Positions 58,743-64,000 of a stretch of 64,000 bases of DNA are shown one piece after another. Location of the stretch: assembly GCA_035531675.1 (NCBI GenBank), contig DATKSL010000033.1, forward strand, positions 27,367 to 91,366, read 5' to 3'. Every line of letters begins with the position of its first letter. Within the stretch, counting starts at the first letter, position 1. The notes under the pieces were generated by a model that saw nothing but the letters and a program-made list of their open reading frames with translations, was not told where the DNA came from and ran no database searches. The DNA comes from Candidatus Binataceae bacterium (GTDB lineage: Bacteria > Desulfobacterota > Binatia > Binatales > Binataceae). The position numbers and the translations under genes were made by a program.

Positions 58743-60044
58743 ATGGCGGCCGCAGAGATCAGCTACGACGAGCTCATCAAAGAGGATCAGGTTCATAGCC
58801 GGCTCTACTACGACCAGGCGATTTTCCAGGAGGAGATGGACAAGATCTTCTCCCGCAACTGGGTCTATGTAGGACATGAAAGCGAAGTCGCCGAGCGCGG
58901 CGAGTTCGTTGGCCGCTGGATCGGGCTGCAGCCGGTAATCCTGGTGCGCGACCGCGAGCGCCGCCTCCATCTGCTGCTCAACCGCTGCCGCCATCGCTCT
59001 AACACCGTCTGTCAGCTCGAGCGCGGCGTCGCCGCCGGCGGGTTTCGATGCGCCTACCATGGCTGGACGTACGCGGCCAGCGGCGATCTGATCGGGATGC
59101 CGTATCCGGGCGGCTATGCGCCGGGCGACTTCCGCAAGGAGGAGCACGGCCTGCTGGAAGTGGCGATGGAGAGTTACCACGGCTTCCTCTTCGGCCATCT
59201 CAATCCCGACGGTCGGAGCCTGCTGGAGCATCTCGGCGCGGCGCGCGTGCTGCTGGACCAGGTGATCAATCTGGCGCCGGACGGCGAGGTCGAGCTGCGT
59301 GCTGGGATACTCAAGCATAAGTATCGCGCCAACTGGAAAATGACGATGGAGAACGTGGTCGACGCGTATCATCCGCCGATTCTCCATCAGTCGGCCTTCC
59401 ATCTTGATTCCGGCAAGAGCTTCAATTGGGATTCGATTTACGGGCCCGAGGGCAACGCGCGCATCCGCGACCTCGGCGACGGTCACGGTCAGATCGACTT
59501 CAGCGCGCAGAATCGCAAGAGCGGATTTTTCTTCCAGGGTCTGCGCGGGGACATTCCGGCGGCGGCGCAGAGCGCCTACGTCGAGGGTCTGGTGCGACGG
59601 CTCGGCAGCGAGCGGGCGGCGCAGGCGATCGGCGACAGCGATCCGCATTTCTCGATCTTCCCCAACTTCAACTATCTGCCGCCCGGCCAGGTCAGATTGA
59701 TTCGGCCGGTGAGCGTCGATGAAACGCATATCTACTATTTCCCGGCGTTGCTCAAAGGCGCGCCCGACGAGTTGAATCGCGAGCGTATCCGGCGCAACGG
59801 CTACATGCATGGGCCGGCCGGGCTGGTCGCGCCCGACGATATCGACGTTTACGAGCGCAACCAGGAAGCATTCAAGGCGCGCCAGGATGAATGGCTGATC
59901 CTGCGGCGCGGGCTGCGCTCGCAACGGCGTGAAGAAGGCGGCGCTATGGTCGGGCTGGCGTACGAAGAGACCACGCAGCGCGGACTGTGGGGACATTACC
60001 GTCGCGTGATGAAGCAGCCGTCGTCCACGGTCGAAGAGCGTTGA
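58743..60044 (+). CDS. Rieske ring-hydroxylating dioxygenase alpha subunit
   Basis: CRHRSNTV...CAYHGWTY; followed by a beta subunit gene. Confidence 0.85.
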   Translation: MAAAEISYDELIKEDQVHSRLYYDQAIFQEEMDKIFSRNWVYVGHESEVAERGEFVGRWIGLQPVILVRDRERRLHLLLNRCRHRSNTVCQLERGVAAGGFRCAYHGWTYAASGDLIGMPYPGGYAPGDFRKEEHGLLEVAMESYHGFLFGHLNPDGRSLLEHLGAARVLLDQVINLAPDGEVELRAGILKHKYRANWKMTMENVVDAYHPPILHQSAFHLDSGKSFNWDSIYGPEGNARIRDLGDGHGQIDFSAQNRKSGFFFQGLRGDIPAAAQSAYVEGLVRRLGSERAAQAIGDSDPHFSIFPNFNYLPPGQVRLIRPVSVDETHIYYFPALLKGAPDELNRERIRRNGYMHGPAGLVAPDDIDVYERNQEAFKARQDEWLILRRGLRSQRREEGGAMVGLAYEETTQRGLWGHYRRVMKQPSSTVEER

Positions 60045-60046
60045 TC

Positions 60047-60517
60047 ATGGACGACTTCCGTGAGGTCGAGCAGTTCATCTATCGCGAAGCGCGGCTGATG
60101 GACGAGCATCGCTACGAGGAATGGCTGGCGCTGTGGACCGAGGACGCGGTTTACTGGGTGCCGTGCGGTCGCGACGACGCCGACCCTGAGCGACAGGTAT
60201 CGATCGTATACGATCGATGGCCGCAACTCGCCAATCGCATCCAGCGGCTCAAAACCGGCAAGGCCTTCGCCGAGGATCCGCCCTCGCGCTTGTGCCGCGT
60301 CGTCTCGAACATCGAGATGGAGCAGGCGCGGGGCGGCGAAATCGTCGCGCATTCGAGCTTCGTGCTGGGCGACCTACGCAAGCATCAGGAGGTGCACTGG
60401 TACGGTCGCACGCAGCATCGCTTGCGCCGGATCGACGGCGCTCTCAGGATCGCGTACAAGAAAGTGACGCTGCTCAACAACGACGAGCCGCTGCCGAATC
60501 TCGCCTTTCTTATCTGA
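60047..60517 (+). CDS. Ring-hydroxylating dioxygenase beta subunit (NTF2-like)
   Basis: MDDFREVEQFIYREARLMDEHRYEEWLALWTEDAVYWVP is typical of the beta-subunit N-terminus; ATG overlaps the alpha stop. Confidence 0.8.
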   Translation: MDDFREVEQFIYREARLMDEHRYEEWLALWTEDAVYWVPCGRDDADPERQVSIVYDRWPQLANRIQRLKTGKAFAEDPPSRLCRVVSNIEMEQARGGEIVAHSSFVLGDLRKHQEVHWYGRTQHRLRRIDGALRIAYKKVTLLNNDEPLPNLAFLI

Positions 60518-60629
60518 GGCAGCTTTCGCTTTTCGTCCGCTCCCGCACTTGATAAGTTCCACCATACCCGGGCGTGCGATCATCCGGGACGGTTGAGCGC
60601 GGGCGCGCCGCGAGAAGGAGATTTCCCAC

Positions 60630-61748
60630 ATGCAGGTTGGCACCTCGATCCTTTTCCAGAATCCGTTCAATGAACGGGCGGACGCTGACGTCTATCGCCA
60701 TGAGCTCAAGCTCGGCGACCTCGCCGAACCGCTCGGCTTCGAGTCGCTGTGGAGCGTTGAGCATCATTTCGACGACTACACGATGTGCCCCGACGTGCTG
60801 CAATTCCTCTCCTATTTCGCCGGCCGCACACGGCATCTGAAGCTCGGCTCGATGGTGGTGGTGCTGCCGTGGCACGATCCGATTCGGGTTGCCGAGCAGG
60901 TCTCGGTGCTCGATCACTACTCCAACGGACGCGTGATTCTGGGGCTGGGGCGAGGCCTGGCGCGGCTCGAGTTCGAAGGCTTCCGCATCCCGCTCGACGA
61001 GTCGCGCGAGCGCTTCGTCGAGTCCGCGACCATGATACTCGAAGGGCTCGAGCGCGGATTTATCGAGTTCGACGGCCGCCACATCAAGCAGCCGCGCCGC
61101 GACATCCGGCCCAAGCCGCTCAAATCGTTCAAGGGCCGCACCTATGCGGCCGCGGTATCGCCCGAGTCCTCGCGCATCATGGCCCAGCTTGGCATCGGGA
61201 TTCTGATCATCCCGCAGAAGCCGTGGGAGGCCGTCGCCAAAGAACTGGCGGACTATCGCGCGATCTATCAGCAGGTCAACGGCGGCGAGCCGCTCCCGAC
61301 GATTACCGCCGGATGGGTGTTCTGCGATCGCAACGCCGACCGCGCGCACGAGATGGCGCTGCGCTACATCGGCGGCTACTGGCACACCGCGCTGCGTCAT
61401 TATGAAATGACCGCCGATCACTTCGGACAGGCCAAGGGCTACGAGTTCTACCGGGAGATTTCGCAGCAGCTGGCCAAGTCGGGCGCGGACGCGGCGGCGG
61501 AGTACTTTCTGGGTCTTCAGGTCTGGGGCACGCCGGAGCAGTGCCTGGAGAAGATCGACCGCATCCGCCGGCGCGTCAACTCCGATCACTTCACTGGCGT
61601 CTTCAGCTACGCCGGGATGCCGTACGACGAAGCCGACCGCAACATGCGCTTGTTTGCGGCCGAGGTAATGCCCGAGCTCAAGAAGCTGGCGCCGCTGACG
61701 GGCGCAGAGCGGCCGGGCGTGACGCCGTACGGCGGAGCGCCCGCGTAA
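60630..61748 (+). CDS. LLM-class flavin-dependent oxidoreductase
   Basis: 372 aa luciferase-like. Confidence 0.8.
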   Translation: MQVGTSILFQNPFNERADADVYRHELKLGDLAEPLGFESLWSVEHHFDDYTMCPDVLQFLSYFAGRTRHLKLGSMVVVLPWHDPIRVAEQVSVLDHYSNGRVILGLGRGLARLEFEGFRIPLDESRERFVESATMILEGLERGFIEFDGRHIKQPRRDIRPKPLKSFKGRTYAAAVSPESSRIMAQLGIGILIIPQKPWEAVAKELADYRAIYQQVNGGEPLPTITAGWVFCDRNADRAHEMALRYIGGYWHTALRHYEMTADHFGQAKGYEFYREISQQLAKSGADAAAEYFLGLQVWGTPEQCLEKIDRIRRRVNSDHFTGVFSYAGMPYDEADRNMRLFAAEVMPELKKLAPLTGAERPGVTPYGGAPA

Positions 61749-61770
61749 ACCAGGCCGCGCGAGGAGCAGC

Positions 61771-63096
61771 ATGGAACGCTCCCGGCTGGCGGGCCTGGTG
61801 GTCGAGAATTCGCGTGAGTGCAGCTTTCGCGTCCATCGCGATGCGTACGTGTCGCGCGAACTGCTGGAACTCGAATGGCAGCGGATCTTCGATCGCTCGT
61901 GGCTTTATGTGGGGCACGAGTCCGAAGTTCCGGCGCGCGGCGATTTCCGCACCCGCGACGTCGGCGGGCGGCCGCTCATCCTGTGCCGCGACAGCGCCGG
62001 CGAGCTGCGCGTTCTGATCAATAGCTGCACCCATCGCGGCGCCCAGGTATGCCGCGAGCGGCAGGGCAACGCGCGCAGCTTTCAATGCTTCTACCATGCA
62101 TGGACCTACAACAATGCCGGCGAGCTGGTCGGCGTGCCCGACGCCGCGGGTTACGCGCCGGATTTCCGCAAGCAGGAGTTCGGTCTCAAGCCGCCGCCGC
62201 GAGTAGTCAATTACCGTGGCATGGTGTTCGTCAGCTTTAACCCGGCGATCGAGGAATTCACTGACTATCTCGCCGGGGCCCGCGATTACCTGGATATTAT
62301 ACTCGATCTCTCGGAGACCGGCATCGAAGTGGTCGGCGGTGAGCATCAATACTCAATCCGCGCCAACTGGAAGATGCAGATCGAGAACACCGTCGATGAT
62401 TACCATGTCGCGCCGCTGCACAGCACCTATCTCAAATACCTCGAACAGATAAACGGGGTCGCGGGACCGGGGCTAATCGGACGCGCCTTCGACCTCGGCA
62501 ACGGTCATTCGGTGATGGAGCGGCCGTTGCCGGGCAGCCGGCCGATCGCGCGCTGGGAGCCGCGGCTCGGCGAGCAGGTCAGACGCGAGCTCGAGGCCGT
62601 GCATCGGCGGCTGGTCGAGCGATTCGGTGAACAGCGCGCGGACCAGATGGCGATGCTCGATCGCAACCTCGTCATCTATCCGAACCTCATGATTCTCGAT
62701 ATCTGGGGCACCGCGCTGCGCATCTGCTGGCCGCTCGCGCCTGACGAGATGCAGGTCACGGTATGGACTTTTGGGCCGCGCGGCGAGGATGCGAGCTGGC
62801 GTCGATATCGGCACGACAACCTGGTCAGCTTTCTCGGCCCGGGCGGGTTGGGCACGGTCGACGATATCGAGGCGATGGAGTCGTGTCAGCGCGGGTTCCG
62901 CGCGGCAAACGAAGTGTCATGGTGTCAGTTCTCGCGCGGCATGAACCGTCCCGCGCTGGTTACCGACGAGGAGACTTTGCGGGCCTTTTGGCGGCGATGG
63001 CACCGGCAGATCACGGGCAGCGACCGGCGGCGGGTTCGACGGACGCGGCCGTCGGCGCGCGCCACGGTCGCCGTCGATTCCGAAATCCGGCACTGA
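61771..63096 (+). CDS. Rieske ring-hydroxylating oxygenase alpha subunit
   Basis: CTHRGAQV...CFYHAWTY. Confidence 0.85.
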   Translation: MERSRLAGLVVENSRECSFRVHRDAYVSRELLELEWQRIFDRSWLYVGHESEVPARGDFRTRDVGGRPLILCRDSAGELRVLINSCTHRGAQVCRERQGNARSFQCFYHAWTYNNAGELVGVPDAAGYAPDFRKQEFGLKPPPRVVNYRGMVFVSFNPAIEEFTDYLAGARDYLDIILDLSETGIEVVGGEHQYSIRANWKMQIENTVDDYHVAPLHSTYLKYLEQINGVAGPGLIGRAFDLGNGHSVMERPLPGSRPIARWEPRLGEQVRRELEAVHRRLVERFGEQRADQMAMLDRNLVIYPNLMILDIWGTALRICWPLAPDEMQVTVWTFGPRGEDASWRRYRHDNLVSFLGPGGLGTVDDIEAMESCQRGFRAANEVSWCQFSRGMNRPALVTDEETLRAFWRRWHRQITGSDRRRVRRTRPSARATVAVDSEIRH

Positions 63097-63213
63097 GCAG
63101 ATTCCGATGGTCATGCTGGTGCGCGCGACGATTGGGGTCGCTCGCACGCTCCTGCCACGATATGCATCGCGATGCGCGTGGCGGATTTCACGATCCGTAA
63201 CGGGGTGATGTGA

Positions 63214-63549
63214 ATGCGAGTGCGTATCACCGAATATCTGGACGCCGACCTCGACACTGAAACCTGGGTTTGTAATCGATGCCAGGCCGGCCTCGGCGCG
63301 CTTAGCCGTTCCTACAAGGAAGGGTGCCTGGTGCGGGAACGGGATCCCAGGGAAATACATATGCCGGTCGGAACGGATCGCGAATTCAACTTCAGCTTCG
63401 ATCCGGACTGGATTCGCATCGTTGAATTTTACTGTCCGGGATGCGGTACGATGGTTGAGAATGAGTATCTGCCGCCCGGCCATCCGCTGACCTGGGATAT
63501 CGAACTAGACATCGAGGATCTGAAGCGCAAGCGGGAGTCCGGCCGATGA
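63214..63549 (+). CDS. Acetone carboxylase gamma subunit (AcxC)-like small zinc-ribbon protein
   Basis: 111 aa; CNRC...CPGC; EFYCPGCGTMVENEYLPPGHP is reminiscent of the hydantoinase/acetone-carboxylase gamma family; directly upstream of a hyuA-like gene. Confidence 0.5.
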   Translation: MRVRITEYLDADLDTETWVCNRCQAGLGALSRSYKEGCLVRERDPREIHMPVGTDREFNFSFDPDWIRIVEFYCPGCGTMVENEYLPPGHPLTWDIELDIEDLKRKRESGR

Positions 63550-64000
63550 GAATCGCGCTCGGGATCGACGTCGGCGGCACCTTTACCGACGTGGTGTTGT
63601 TGCGCGACAACCAGATTGTTACCGCCAAGGCGGAGACTACGCATTATGATCTGAAGCTCGGGGTGTTCAACGCGATCCGTCTGGCCGCTGAGCAGATCGA
63701 TACGGAACTGGAAGCGCTGCTTGCCGAGACCGCGGCCGTCGTTTACTCGACCACGGTTGGCACCAATGCGTTGATCGAGCGGCGCGGGACGCGGCTCGGC
63801 CTCATTACCACCCACGGCTTCGAAGATGCCATCATGGTGGGGCGTTCGGCGAATTGGGCCGACGGGCTGCCGCCGCAGGCAAAGTACGATCGCGGCCGTG
63901 GGCGCCGGCCAACCCCGATTATCCCGCGCGAAAACATCGTCGGCGCGCTCGAGCGAATCGACAATCTCGGCCAGGTGCTGATGCCGCTCAACGAAGCCCA
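63545..64000 (+). CDS. Hydantoinase A/oxoprolinase (HyuA/acetone carboxylase beta-like), 3'-partial at window end
   Basis: Not in the track because it has no stop. MRIALGIDVGGTFTDVVLL...VYSTTVGTNALIERRG is the HyuA N-terminal ATPase fold; ATG overlaps the preceding stop. Confidence 0.8.

Noticed and set aside
56543-59996. Minus-strand ORFs 56543..58018 (491 aa) and 58734..59996 (420 aa)
   Set aside because: Antisense to the D-aminoacylase and Rieske alpha genes.
1-64000. Search for integrase, transposase, toxin-antitoxin, restriction-modification or CRISPR-Cas genes
   Set aside because: No ORF in any frame shows recognisable integrase, transposase or defence-system motifs. The tRNA-Arg-associated repeats are therefore interpreted as remnants, not active elements.

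Overview
High-GC (about 65-68%) bacterial chromosomal segment, gene-dense, with no IS elements, integrases or CRISPR arrays seen. Gene content is dominated by oxidative catabolic enzymes: six Rieske non-heme iron oxygenase alpha-subunit paralogs (only one has a beta subunit and none has a reductase), four luciferase-like (LLM) flavin monooxygenases, VOC/glyoxalase and cupin proteins, two short MetE-like proteins, hydantoinase/acetone-carboxylase-like subunits, a TPP enzyme, an aldehyde dehydrogenase, an aguA-aguB polyamine operon and a GH15 glycosidase. Several things the ORF track does not show: (1) a 5'-partial TonB-dependent receptor at the window start, preceded by a cobalamin riboswitch; (2) a GrdB/PrdB-like selenoprotein whose two track ORFs are joined by a single in-frame TGA, followed by a SECIS-like hairpin and a UxxC motif, together with a tRNA-Sec (selC, anticodon UCA) 15 kb away; (3) a tRNA-Arg(TCG) followed by three copies of an about 90-nt repeat, two of them preceded by decayed 3' fragments of the same tRNA, which delimit two cargo modules and end at a 3' remnant of a coxL-type gene; this looks like the scar of serial tRNA-targeted integration with no integrase left; (4) a 7x Big_2 surface lipoprotein interrupted by a frameshift in a G-tract; (5) a roughly 4 kb lower-GC block (about 52%) encoding a sulfotransferase, an ASST-like beta-propeller protein and membrane proteins; (6) an ECF sigma/anti-sigma/DUF3106 operon and a secreted Gly/Tyr/Asn/His-rich protein that both carry a GTAAAC-N17-CGTC ECF-type promoter motif; (7) a 3'-partial hydantoinase A gene at the window end, preceded by a small AcxC-like zinc-ribbon protein. 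Many long antisense ORFs in the track are GC-driven artefacts.
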